From an uncultured Candidatus Saccharibacteria bacterium (GTDB lineage Bacteria; Patescibacteriota; Andersenbacteria; UBA10190): DNA of 64,000 nt. The notes under the pieces were generated by a model. That model did no database searches, was not told where the DNA came from, and saw nothing but the letters and a program-made list of their open reading frames with translations. The position numbers were made by a program, and so were the translations under genes. The stretch lies in NCBI GenBank assembly GCA_964610055.1, contig CAZSUC010000002.1, positions 82,283-146,282 of the forward strand. The letters run 5' to 3'. Shown piece by piece: positions 19,496-27,744 of this stretch (the stretch's first letter is position 1; each line of letters begins with the position of its first letter).

Positions 19496-19802
19496 AGCAA
19501 AAATTAGCTGGAAGGGTTTATCCTGGCAAATGGTTGCGGATCAGGCGCAGGCCTGGGTGACGATAGTGGTGACTGCGCGCGTAACGACTATATTAGTATG
19601 GGGAATAGTTGTGATGGTAGTGATATATTTAGCGTATATGCAGGTGTGGCGTATATTAACTGGAGATTTAACATTGCCAGCAGGCGTGGTTCCGACTCAG
19701 TTAAGTGTGGATGCAGACATTTTGCAACAGATTCATGAGCAACGTGAGGCGAGAGAAGACTACATTGTGCCGGCTTTTAGAGTAGAAAATATATTACCGT
19801 AA
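19485..19802 (+). CDS. Small single-TM protein in the pilP position, copy 2
   Basis: Start at ATG 19485; one TM helix; similar size to 16966-17283. Confidence 0.55.
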   Translation: MANKAKISWKGLSWQMVADQAQAWVTIVVTARVTTILVWGIVVMVVIYLAYMQVWRILTGDLTLPAGVVPTQLSVDADILQQIHEQREAREDYIVPAFRVENILP

Positions 19803-20227
19803 TGAACACACAAGGGGGAAAACGAGTGTTGTTGTTTGGGACATTTGATCCAATACACGAAGGACATAGGCAGATGTTGCAAGAGGCGCGTAAATACGGT
19901 GACTGGATAATAGTGGTGGTAACGGCGGATGAAGTAGTGAAGCGACAAAAGAAACACGAACCATATCAACCAGAAGCAGAACGATGTGCGGTCGTGCGAG
20001 AAAATGGAGCAGATGAGGTGGTAGTCGGAGATCAACAGCCAGAAAAGTACCAACTTTTGCGTGAATTGGAGTATGATGTTTTGGCGTTAGGTTATGATCA
20101 GCCAGTGTCTCTAAAAGAAGCAAAATCTTTGTTAATGGAATGTGATCATTCAATGGTACAGGTAGTGCGGTTAACTGCTTTTGAACCAGAAAAATATAAA
20201 TCAAGTTTAATACGAGGGTTGAGTTAA
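19802..20227 (+). CDS. HxGH cytidylyl/adenylyltransferase family protein (RibL/TagD-like)
   Basis: FGTFDPIHEGH, ALGYDQ and KYKSS. Confidence 0.85.
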   Translation: MNTQGGKRVLLFGTFDPIHEGHRQMLQEARKYGDWIIVVVTADEVVKRQKKHEPYQPEAERCAVVRENGADEVVVGDQQPEKYQLLRELEYDVLALGYDQPVSLKEAKSLLMECDHSMVQVVRLTAFEPEKYKSSLIRGLS

Positions 20228-20263
20228 TTGCATAAGCAGCCGAACAAGCGATAGGATGAAAGA

Positions 20264-20941
20264 GTGAGTAAATATCCTTCGCAAAACGGATGGGGGTTAG
20301 CGGTAGCGATTTTGATGATCGGAAGCGTAGTGGCGGGTGGGTTATATATTTTAAAGGCACCGCGCGCGGAAGTGCAGAATAGTGTCGGGGAGCAAGGGCA
20401 GGTGGCGGGTGAAGTATTCTCAAATGAAGATCAGACTGAACCGCAAGAAGGTTCAGTGACGGCGCCGGTAAAAATAGTGCTGTATACCGATTTGGATTGT
20501 GATTTTTGTCGTCATTTTTATCAATCGGTGTGGCAGCCGGCTCGGGATCAGTATTTTGAAACCGGAAAAGTGCAAGCTGTTGTGCGAGTTTTTCCGTTGG
20601 GAAAACTGTATAATCAGGAGAATGATGTGGCGGAATTAGCGTATTGTGCCTATCAACAGGGTGAATTTTTTGAAATTATGAACGCGGTTTTTGAAGGGGA
20701 GAAATATATGCCGACCGAGCAAATTAAAGAAATAATTAATACTTATGTTGATAAAGTGGCGTTAGATAATTGTCAGCAGTCAGGTATAGGAAGAATGATG
20801 TTGGGGCAAGCATCGCAGCAGGCTTTAGAAGTGGGGGTGACGTCGGTGCCGGCTATAGAAATCAATGGACAGGTTTATGAAAATGTAACGACCTTCGCGC
20901 AGCTACAAGAAATTTTAGCGCAGGTTTTAGAAGAAGTATGA
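20264..20941 (+). CDS. Membrane-anchored DsbA-family thioredoxin
   Basis: YTDLDCDFC CxxC, GVTSVPAIEING cis-Pro loop, N-terminal TM helix. Confidence 0.88.
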   Translation: MSKYPSQNGWGLAVAILMIGSVVAGGLYILKAPRAEVQNSVGEQGQVAGEVFSNEDQTEPQEGSVTAPVKIVLYTDLDCDFCRHFYQSVWQPARDQYFETGKVQAVVRVFPLGKLYNQENDVAELAYCAYQQGEFFEIMNAVFEGEKYMPTEQIKEIINTYVDKVALDNCQQSGIGRMMLGQASQQALEVGVTSVPAIEINGQVYENVTTFAQLQEILAQVLEEV

Positions 20942-21867
20942 ATGAAGTAGTTACATTGCCACCCGGAGTGTCGATTGGAATTTTAGCGTTTTTGCTGAGC
21001 TTGTTACCGGCGGGTTTATTTTTGTGGGTGTGGTATTTGCGACGTCATGATCGACCAGTCCCGGTATCAGTAGTAGTACGAGGCATGATAATTGGGATGT
21101 TGTTAGTTGGGCCAGCGTTTGTGCTGGAATCATGGGCGCCAAAACTCTGGACGGCTTTATCGCCGGGCACAGTTCATTATTTTGACAGTGCCGTGTTACC
21201 GTTAGAAACTTTTGGCGATATATTTTGGCCAGCAGTCGGTACTTTTGGAATAGTGGCTTTAATTGAAGAAGGATTGCGATTTTTAAGTTTGAGTTGGTGG
21301 TTTCGTAAAAGTCCCGTGATTGATCAAGTGTTTGACGGATTAGTTGTGGGGTTAGCAGTTGGTTTAGGATTTGCCACGTTAGAAAATACGTTATATTTTT
21401 TCCAACTGTTTTGGCAGGGTAATTTTGATACTTTAGTATTTGTGTTTTTCTTGCGCTTTATAGTGTCGACGATGGCGCATGTAAGTTTTGGCGGTATCAT
21501 GGGCGTGTTATTAGTGCGAGGATATTTTACCTGGTATCGACGTCGGTATTATTTAGCGCAAGCGTTTATAGTGCCGTGGTTAATGCATGGGGCATACGAT
21601 TGGATGTTGGGTGTTAATCAAACAGCATATGCAATCGTAATGTTGTCAGTGCCCCTAGTTTTGTTGGTGACTTGGAGTAATAGAAGAGAATTTTTTGCAG
21701 TTAATCGGGAAGGGGCGCAAAACTTGATTACACCAAAACCACCGCATGGATATGAAGACTTGCAGCTCAAGACAACAAAATGGCAGCCAACTGGTACGTG
21801 GAATAAAGAAGCGCAATGGTTACGTTATCGGCGCTTAACAAAAAGACCTAATTCGTTAGATAATTAA
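20938..21867 (+). CDS. PrsW-family intramembrane glutamic protease
   Basis: ALIEEGLR, GLGFATLEN, AHVSF and HGAYD. Confidence 0.88.
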   Translation: MNEVVTLPPGVSIGILAFLLSLLPAGLFLWVWYLRRHDRPVPVSVVVRGMIIGMLLVGPAFVLESWAPKLWTALSPGTVHYFDSAVLPLETFGDIFWPAVGTFGIVALIEEGLRFLSLSWWFRKSPVIDQVFDGLVVGLAVGLGFATLENTLYFFQLFWQGNFDTLVFVFFLRFIVSTMAHVSFGGIMGVLLVRGYFTWYRRRYYLAQAFIVPWLMHGAYDWMLGVNQTAYAIVMLSVPLVLLVTWSNRREFFAVNREGAQNLITPKPPHGYEDLQLKTTKWQPTGTWNKEAQWLRYRRLTKRPNSLDN

Positions 21868-21870
21868 AGT

Positions 21871-22281
21871 ATGACACGTTTTGCTTTAGCAGTTACAATG
21901 TTGTTTGTCATTGTAGGACTGTTGGCGGTGTTGGTGTTGTCGGCTCAAGTAGGTGGCGTAATGATGCGCAATAATGTGGTGCGGGGAGAGTATTTAGAGT
22001 TAGGAGTATTAGAACCAGTTGTGCCGGGTGTTCCCGTAACAGTGCGGTGGGAGAAAATAGACAGTATGCCAGCAGCGGAGGTGAAATTATGGTGGCGCAC
22101 AACTAAGCAAGAAGAACAAATAGGTACCGGGAATTTAGAAAATAATTCTGCTCAGGCAGTATGGCCGTGTGATAATCAAGCGCAACAAGGCACGCTGGAG
22201 ATTGCAGATGCGGAATCGGGGCAGGTATTTGGTTACCAAGAGATTACGGTGCAGGCGGCTGGACCAGAGTGTTTACCTTAA
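21871..22281 (+). CDS. Hypothetical exported or membrane-anchored beta-rich protein
   Basis: N-terminal hydrophobic helix, two Cys, last gene of the run. Confidence 0.65.
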   Translation: MTRFALAVTMLFVIVGLLAVLVLSAQVGGVMMRNNVVRGEYLELGVLEPVVPGVPVTVRWEKIDSMPAAEVKLWWRTTKQEEQIGTGNLENNSAQAVWPCDNQAQQGTLEIADAESGQVFGYQEITVQAAGPECLP

Positions 22282-23210
22282 CTAAGTTCGGAGCGGAAAT
22301 ACTCGATTGTGGAAGTGAGGCCGTCGGCTAGGGAAATAGATGGTTCCCAGTTTAGGTATTGGCGAGCGCGAGAAATGTTGGGCTGGCGTTGATGGGGGTC
22401 ATCTTGTGGTAAATCCCGAAATTCGATTTTTGACTGAGATTTGGTGGCGGCAATAATTTGCTCGGCCATTTCTTTAATAGTTAGTTCTTGAGGATTACCA
22501 AGATTAAGTGGGCCGATAGTCTCGTCTTGATTCATCATTTTAATCATGCCGTCAATTAAATCGTCAACATAACAGAATGAACGGGTTTGCGAGCCATCGC
22601 CGTAAATAGTGATAGGCTCATTACGGAGCGCCTGAACGATAAAATTACTAACGACACGACCATCTTGAGGATGCATGCGTGGTCCGTAAGTATTGAAAAT
22701 ACGAATAATGCGAATGTCGACATCGTTTTGGCGATGATAGTCCATACATAAAGTTTCGGCGACACGTTTGCCTTCGTCGTAACAAGAACGAGGGCCGATT
22801 GGATTAACATTGCCCCAGTATTCTTCAGTTTGAGGATGGATTTCGGGGTCGCCGTAAATTTCAGAGGTTGATGCCTGTAAAAGACGAGCGTGAACACGTT
22901 TGGCAAGGCCAAGCATGTTAACCATGCCAACAGTAGAAGTTTTAATGGTTTTAATCGGATTGTGTTGGTAATGAATCGGAGAAGCGGGGCAAGCAAGGTT
23001 ATAAATCTGATTGACTTCGACGACTAAAGGCTCGGTAATATCGTGGCGTAGGAGTTCAAATTTAGGATGGCTGAGTAAGTGTTCAATGTTTTTTTTGCGG
23101 CCAGTAAAAAAGTTATCAGCGCAGATAATAGTATGACCCTCGTTGATAAGGCGATCGCAAAGGTGGCTGCCGAGAAATCCAGCGCCACCGGTAACTAAGA
23201 TGGTACTCAT
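22278..23210 (-). CDS. uxs: UDP-glucuronate decarboxylase (UDP-xylose synthase)
   Basis: [34 protein letters not shown] and TRSFCYVDD; start MSTILV at 23210. Confidence 0.92.
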   Translation of the reverse strand: MSTILVTGGAGFLGSHLCDRLINEGHTIICADNFFTGRKKNIEHLLSHPKFELLRHDITEPLVVEVNQIYNLACPASPIHYQHNPIKTIKTSTVGMVNMLGLAKRVHARLLQASTSEIYGDPEIHPQTEEYWGNVNPIGPRSCYDEGKRVAETLCMDYHRQNDVDIRIIRIFNTYGPRMHPQDGRVVSNFIVQALRNEPITIYGDGSQTRSFCYVDDLIDGMIKMMNQDETIGPLNLGNPQELTIKEMAEQIIAATKSQSKIEFRDLPQDDPHQRQPNISRARQYLNWEPSISLADGLTSTIEYFRSELS

Positions 23211-23237
23211 ACGCTTAAGCCTAGTATAGTAAAAGAT

Positions 23238-23603
23238 ATGAAACAACTGTGGTGGTGGGGATTAGTGCTGGTTTGGATGGGAATGATTTGGTATCTATCC
23301 GATCAACCAAATTTGTCATCTGGATTAGAGGCGGATTGGTGGTTAAGAAAAGGCGCGCACATAACAGAGTATGCAATTTTAACATGGTTGTGGTGGCAAG
23401 CTGCAGGCCGGAGAGGACTGTGGTGGGTGATATGGGGAGTGATAGCTTACGCTGTGAGCGATGAAATACACCAATCTTTCGTAGTTGGGCGGCACGGAAG
23501 CGCATTAGATGTTGTGATTGATAGTACCGGTGCAGTAATAATGACCGGTTTGATAAAATGGGCGCGTAAATTTAACCGTAACCCTATTTTGAAACTTCTT
23601 TGA
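23238..23603 (+). CDS. VanZ-family membrane protein
   Basis: [12 protein letters not shown] and [17 protein letters not shown]. Confidence 0.88.
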   Translation: MKQLWWWGLVLVWMGMIWYLSDQPNLSSGLEADWWLRKGAHITEYAILTWLWWQAAGRRGLWWVIWGVIAYAVSDEIHQSFVVGRHGSALDVVIDSTGAVIMTGLIKWARKFNRNPILKLL

Positions 23604-23931
23604 CGACAGCGGCGAAAGATTCAGGCTGTTTGATGGCAAGTTCAGCTAAAGCTTTGCGATCTAAAATTATACCTTTGCCTTTAATGAGGCTCATAAATTG
23701 AGAGTAAGACAAATCAAAGGGACGAACAGCGGCATTGATGCGGGTTTGCCAAAGGGCGCGAAAATCTGATTTCTTTTGGCGACGGTGCGCGTAAGCATAC
23801 TGGCCGGCTTTCAAGACAGCTTCTTTGGCTAACTTGAAGTTGGTTTTGCGGCGGCCGCGATAACCCTTGGCTCGGTCAAGCCACTTACGGTGTCGTTTGC
23901 GTTTAGGAACGCTGCGGGATGCTTTAGGCAT
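23584..23931 (-). CDS. rplT: 50S ribosomal protein L20
   Basis: AKGYRGRR, YAYAHRRQKKSDFRALW and LDRKALAELA. Confidence 0.97.
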   Translation of the reverse strand: MPKASRSVPKRKRHRKWLDRAKGYRGRRKTNFKLAKEAVLKAGQYAYAHRRQKKSDFRALWQTRINAAVRPFDLSYSQFMSLIKGKGIILDRKALAELAIKQPESFAAVVKEVSK

Positions 23932-23939
23932 AGGTCAAA

Positions 23940-24140
23940 TTACTGCAGATTATAGGGAATAAGCTGATCAAGACGACCGCGATCACTGCCAGATAAGCCG
24001 CCGCGGACATGCTTTTGACGAGTTGTGTTGCCATCGGCACGGGAATTAAAATGAGCTTGGCCGATTGCGAGATGCTGGACTTTACCTTTGGCGGAAATAT
24101 GGAAGCGCTTTTGAGCGGCTTTTTTAGAACGTTGTTTCAT
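23940..24140 (-). CDS. rpmI: 50S ribosomal protein L35
   Basis: KKAAQKRFHISAKGKV; lies between infC and rplT. Confidence 0.9.
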   Translation of the reverse strand: MKQRSKKAAQKRFHISAKGKVQHLAIGQAHFNSRADGNTTRQKHVRGGLSGSDRGRLDQLIPYNLQ

Positions 24141-24190
24141 ATAACTAGAGGTATACGGTAAATTAACGGGATAAAACTGTCAATATTAAC

Positions 24191-24745
24191 TTAATGCGAA
24201 GGGCGGACAAGAAGAGCGGAAATGTTATTAGCCGCTTGGGCGACATTGCCTTCAATCAGAGCGCCGTTGGGTACTTGCTGGGCAAAATCACGAATTTTTT
24301 GAACAGCCTGTTCGCGGCGGCTTTTTTCTCGGCCGCGTAAACGCATTTCAACTTTGACTTTATGACCTTCGGCTAAGAAGCCGTCAGTTTGTTTTAAGCG
24401 CATTTGTAGGTCATGTTCTCCAATCTTAAAACCGACGCGAACACCTTTAATCTCGCCACCTTTAGTTTTGGCTTTTTGTTTGGCTAACTTTTTACGTTTG
24501 TCATAAAGATGCTTGCCTAAATCCATTAGACGAACAACGGGAGGATTCGCGCTGGCCGAGACCATAACAAGATCAGTTTCTGATTCTTGGGCCATACTCT
24601 TGGCTTCGGCGAGAGGCACGACGCCTAATTGAGCGCCATCAAGGCCAATAAGGCGGATTTCGGGAGCGAGAATTTCTTCGTTAGCCGATGGTTTTTTAAT
24701 TTGTGGTTTGGGACGGGTACGGTACCGTCGACGGCGACTAGGCAT
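24191..24745 (-). CDS. infC: Translation initiation factor IF-3
   Basis: NEEILAPEIRLI, DLVMVS..ANPPVVRLMD and GHKVKVEMRLRGRE. Confidence 0.95.
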   Translation of the reverse strand: MPSRRRRYRTRPKPQIKKPSANEEILAPEIRLIGLDGAQLGVVPLAEAKSMAQESETDLVMVSASANPPVVRLMDLGKHLYDKRKKLAKQKAKTKGGEIKGVRVGFKIGEHDLQMRLKQTDGFLAEGHKVKVEMRLRGREKSRREQAVQKIRDFAQQVPNGALIEGNVAQAANNISALLVRPSH

Positions 24746-24772
24746 GAGGTCAAGTAAGAAAAACTAAAACAT

Positions 24773-24789
24773 AGGATGCCAGGCATCCT
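24773..24789. repeat. Perfect inverted repeat AGGATGCC-A-GGCATCCT between divergent infC and smpB
   Basis: Read directly from the sequence. Confidence 0.75.
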
Positions 24790-24834
24790 GGTCTAAAATT
24801 AGCTTAAAAAGGGGATTTGAGCAATACTCAAGGT

Positions 24835-25284
24835 ATGAAAGATTTGGCGTACAATAAGCGGGCAGTGTTTGATTATGACTTGCTGGAAAAGTTTGAAGGC
24901 GGGTTAAAATTGATGGGAACAGAGGTAAAATCGGTGCGAGCAGGGAATGTGAGCCTTAAAGGCGCGTTTGTGACATTGAAAGACGGAGAAGTGTGGCTGA
25001 CAAATGCGACGATTTCGCCTTGGCAGCCAGCCAATGCACCGACTGATTATGACCCAACTCAGCCCCGGAAGGTGCTTTTGAGCCGAGCCGAGATTAAGAA
25101 ATTGATTGGAGCCAAGGAAGCAAAGGGATTGACAATAGTGCCTATTAAGATGTATAATAAACGTTCACGGATTAAGTTAGAATTGGCTTTGGCACGGGGA
25201 AAGCGGCAATACGAGAAGAAAGAACAAAAGAAAGAGCATGATATTAAGCGGGATATTGACCGAATGTTAAGAGGAAAGGAATAG
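24835..25284 (+). CDS. smpB: SsrA-binding protein
   Basis: NKRAVFDY, GTEVKSVR and LARGKRQYEKK; adjacent to tmRNA; start at ATG 24835 or TTG 24817. Confidence 0.96.
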   Translation: MKDLAYNKRAVFDYDLLEKFEGGLKLMGTEVKSVRAGNVSLKGAFVTLKDGEVWLTNATISPWQPANAPTDYDPTQPRKVLLSRAEIKKLIGAKEAKGLTIVPIKMYNKRSRIKLELALARGKRQYEKKEQKKEHDIKRDIDRMLRGKE

Positions 25285-25326
25285 CTGGCGAGCGCTTCGG
25301 ATTACGGATATAATCGGTAATCGGAA

Positions 25327-25731
25327 GGGCATGCTAGGCCTCGATAAGATGTAGCTTTGACAATATGCGTGTCGTGAGGGGATTAGCTCACGTAAATCCC
25401 ATAGTCCAACGTTCAAGTGCAAACGTATTTCAGCGCGTGAAGACAGCATTTGCTAACGCATTTGCTACCCCTTCTTTTGCGCCTGTTGTCGCTTAATCTC
25501 GACAGCCATCGCTTCTAATCAGCCGTTGGGTTAATAAGCGGTGTCATTTCAAACGGCTCTCAAGTGTGAGTTTTATTAGTGCTAACACTTGGAAAAGCAC
25601 CAACTGATAGGTGGCTAACAGGCTTTTCTGTTTTGTAGCTGGCTAGGTACCTAAAACTTTTTAAGACAGATACGCACGTAGATTATTGTCGAATCACATT
25701 TTACACGGCGGTTCAATTCCGCCCATGTCCA
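25327..25731 (+). ncRNA. ssrA: tmRNA; predicted tag ANVFQRVKTAFANAFATPSFAPVVA* at 25419-25496
   Basis: 5' GGGCATG pairs with 3' CATGTCC-A including the G3.U70 alanine identity pair; T-arm GGCGG-TTCAATT-CCGCC; directly downstream of smpB; upstream TATAAT; CCA not encoded. Confidence 0.93.
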
Positions 25732-25785
25732 CTGTTGTAAACAAAGCAAAAATATACCAAAACAAGGTGAGACATTTGGAATACC

Positions 25786-25814
25786 TTGGCATTATTACTA
25801 TCATGTTCTACTAT
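25786..25814 (+). promoter_or_regulatory. Sigma70-type promoter TTGGCA-N17-TACTAT
   Basis: Consensus match with 17-nt spacer upstream of 25895. Confidence 0.5.
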
Positions 25815-25894
25815 CGTTTGTTGAGATTGTAGCATGAGTGTCCTTTTAACCTGGCTGTATTAAGCAGCCAAAACCTCTCAGCGGAGAAAGTGAA

Positions 25895-26326
25895 ATGAGG
25901 AAACTGCTAAGCAAACAGATAGGTGTTCATTTCTTGTTCTGTGCGAGCCCGGTCACGATCGACAAGCGAGCGGAGTGGGGTGATAGCGCCGACAATCTTC
26001 AGCAGGCACCGAACGGCGCGTTTCTGAAAACGTCATCGCCGACGGAAATCAGCCATCTGGTACAGCCTAACGCCGACAAGACGGCACCTATCGGCTGGAT
26101 GCCTGGATCTGCTCCCGGCCTCTTTAACAAATTGCCGATCTGGGTTGATGATGAGTACCTTCTTCAAGTTGGTGAGGTCAAGAAGCTCGCTACGGCCGAT
26201 GGCGAAATCGAGTACACGGCTAAGGAGCTCTCGATGGTGTGCTATAACGACCTGAATGGCACCCCAAACGAAGCCGATGCCTGGGTACAGACGGTCGCCG
26301 CCGTCAAACAAAACTACGAACTGTAG
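25895..26326 (+). CDS. Hypothetical protein of atypical composition (probably recently acquired)
   Basis: GGAG SD; C-rich and higher GC than the G-skewed flanks; has its own promoter and terminator. Confidence 0.75.
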   Translation: MRKLLSKQIGVHFLFCASPVTIDKRAEWGDSADNLQQAPNGAFLKTSSPTEISHLVQPNADKTAPIGWMPGSAPGLFNKLPIWVDDEYLLQVGEVKKLATADGEIEYTAKELSMVCYNDLNGTPNEADAWVQTVAAVKQNYEL

Positions 26327-26367
26327 ACGAGGCTCTCTCTACTTAATCGAGGATGGTTAGTTTTAGT

Positions 26368-26403
26368 AACACCCTGTGCGTGATGTGCGGGGTGTTTTTC
26401 TTT
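26368..26403 (+). terminator. Intrinsic terminator
   Basis: AACACCCTGTGC/GTGCGGGGTGTT stem (with G.U pairs) followed by a T tract. Confidence 0.65.
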
Positions 26404-26452
26404 ACAAAGAAGTGATTTACGGCGCGCAAGGTGCATAGATGACTCTTTCTAC

Positions 26453-26481
26453 TTGACAATTATGAAATAAGGAGCTATCAT
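26453..26481 (+). promoter_or_regulatory. Sigma70-type promoter TTGACA-N17-TATCAT
   Basis: Near-consensus hexamers upstream of 26507. Confidence 0.65.
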
Positions 26482-26506
26482 ATAGTTTGAAATTAAGGAT
26501 GGTTTT

Positions 26507-26797
26507 TTGAAAATTGAGAATTTTGAAAAAGGAGAGACCGATGCCTTTGTTGTTTGTGTTGTTTGTTTGGTTGCTGGGCTTTGTGGCGGGGTATTTTTCG
26601 CATTTCCCGTGCTTGTTGGGATTTCGATCCTTTGTTTCGTGATCGGAATCTGGCTGTGTGTTACGTGTAAGGAGGCGGAACAGCTGGTATCAATGCTGTT
26701 TGTTGGGATTGCGACGATCATTAATGTTGTAATGTGGATGACTTACTACATTACAACGGGGCAAACTTGGTTGGGAGATTTCTTCTTACGCAGGTAG
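26507..26797 (+). CDS. Hypothetical small Cys-rich membrane protein
   Basis: 96 aa with three hydrophobic helices; flanked by a promoter and a terminator; TTG start. Confidence 0.6.
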   Translation: MKIENFEKGETDAFVVCVVCLVAGLCGGVFFAFPVLVGISILCFVIGIWLCVTCKEAEQLVSMLFVGIATIINVVMWMTYYITTGQTWLGDFFLRR

Positions 26798-26826
26798 GCA
26801 GAATAATCCGCGTTGTCTCTTTCCGC

Positions 26827-26862
26827 ACCACCTCTTGAGTTGTTCTCTTGAGGTGGTTTTTT
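26827..26862 (+). terminator. Intrinsic terminator
   Basis: ACCACCTC...GAGGTGGT stem followed by a T tract. Confidence 0.7.
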
Positions 26863-26934
26863 GTTTAAGAACATGTTGTCAATGGCTATTAGTTGTGTTT
26901 CAAAATTGCCAAGCTATTAAACATTACGCCACTG

Positions 26935-26962
26935 TTGACAGTGTGACTAGAAATAATAAGAT
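26935..26962 (+). promoter_or_regulatory. Promoter TTGACA-N16-TAAGAT
   Basis: Same hexamers and spacing as the promoter at 27665-27692. Confidence 0.55.
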
Positions 26963-27002
26963 TACTGGTTCTAACCTGCTCTTTTCATAAGGAGAATATG
27001 TC

Positions 27003-27446
27003 GTGAAAACCAACATGAAAGACTGGATTAATCATGTAGAAACTGTGCGGCCAGTGATGGATGCCTTAATCAAACAGTTGGAATCGTATGGCGCTGTTGT
27101 GGCGGCTAAAAAAACTAGAGAAGTAGGTAGCTTACCTTACACGGTGACGTTCAGATGGTCACGAGAGAGGGCAATTACCACTATCGGCGTCACGCTGAAA
27201 GATCACCAAACAGAGTCGGACGTAGTCATTACCAACATGACCACTTTGCCTAGAGAAAAGCGCCGACTAGGTTTTGGGGGTCAAGCCGTACATCGGGTAA
27301 TAGCGTGGGCTAGAGAGTGCCGGTTCAATGAAGTTAGGGCTACTCAAGTGAGCGGAGCAGAATCATTCTGGCGCAATAATGGTTTTGTTCAATGCCCTCA
27401 ACCTAATCCGTGCAATGACTTTGTGTATCGTCTTAGCAGCTCATGA
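27003..27446 (+). CDS. GNAT-family N-acetyltransferase
   Basis: Acetyl-CoA motif A variant RRLGFG and AESFWRNNGF; AAGGAG SD upstream. Confidence 0.78.
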   Translation: MKTNMKDWINHVETVRPVMDALIKQLESYGAVVAAKKTREVGSLPYTVTFRWSRERAITTIGVTLKDHQTESDVVITNMTTLPREKRRLGFGGQAVHRVIAWARECRFNEVRATQVSGAESFWRNNGFVQCPQPNPCNDFVYRLSSS

Positions 27447-27472
27447 CCTGCAAGTGAGAATCGGTTTGCTAT

Positions 27473-27513
27473 AACCGCTGCGTTTCTTCGGAAATGTCAG
27501 CGGTTTTTCTTTT
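27473..27513 (+). terminator. Intrinsic terminator with cUUCGg loop
   Basis: AACCGCTG-CGTTTC-TTCG-GAAATG-T-CAGCGGTT followed by TTTCTTTT. Confidence 0.75.
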
Positions 27514-27568
27514 ACTATATCTGAAACCAACTCCAACTCCGGATCCGAGTTTAAGTCCGACACCGTAA
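27494..27568 (+). pseudogene. Possible 3' gene remnant or micro-ORF MSAVFLLLYLKPTPTPDPSLSPTP*
   Basis: Pro/Thr-rich reading frame ending in TAA just before an otherwise unexplained terminator. Confidence 0.35.
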
Positions 27569-27590
27569 TACAGTAATTGTTCGGGGCAAG

Positions 27591-27627
27591 AAGCGCTATC
27601 AGGTTGATCTGATGGCGCTTTTATATT
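27591..27627 (+). terminator. Intrinsic terminator with no annotated gene upstream
   Basis: AAGCGCTATCAG/CTGATGGCGCTT 12-bp stem followed by TTATATT. Confidence 0.65.
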
Positions 27628-27664
27628 GGCGAATAATTATTACTTTTAGTCAATGATAGGGCTA

Positions 27665-27725
27665 TTGACAATTTAGATAGAAAACATAAGATGGGCGCTG
27701 CGGTGAAACAAACCGCTTTTTTTTT
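27665..27725 (+). promoter_or_regulatory. Promoter TTGACA-N16-TAAGAT followed by a GCGGT/ACCGC hairpin and T9 (attenuator-like)
   Basis: TTGACA 27665-27670, TAAGAT 27687-27692, hairpin 27700-27716, T9 at 27717-27725. Confidence 0.5.
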
Positions 27726-27744
27726 ATTGATTCTTTATAAAGTT

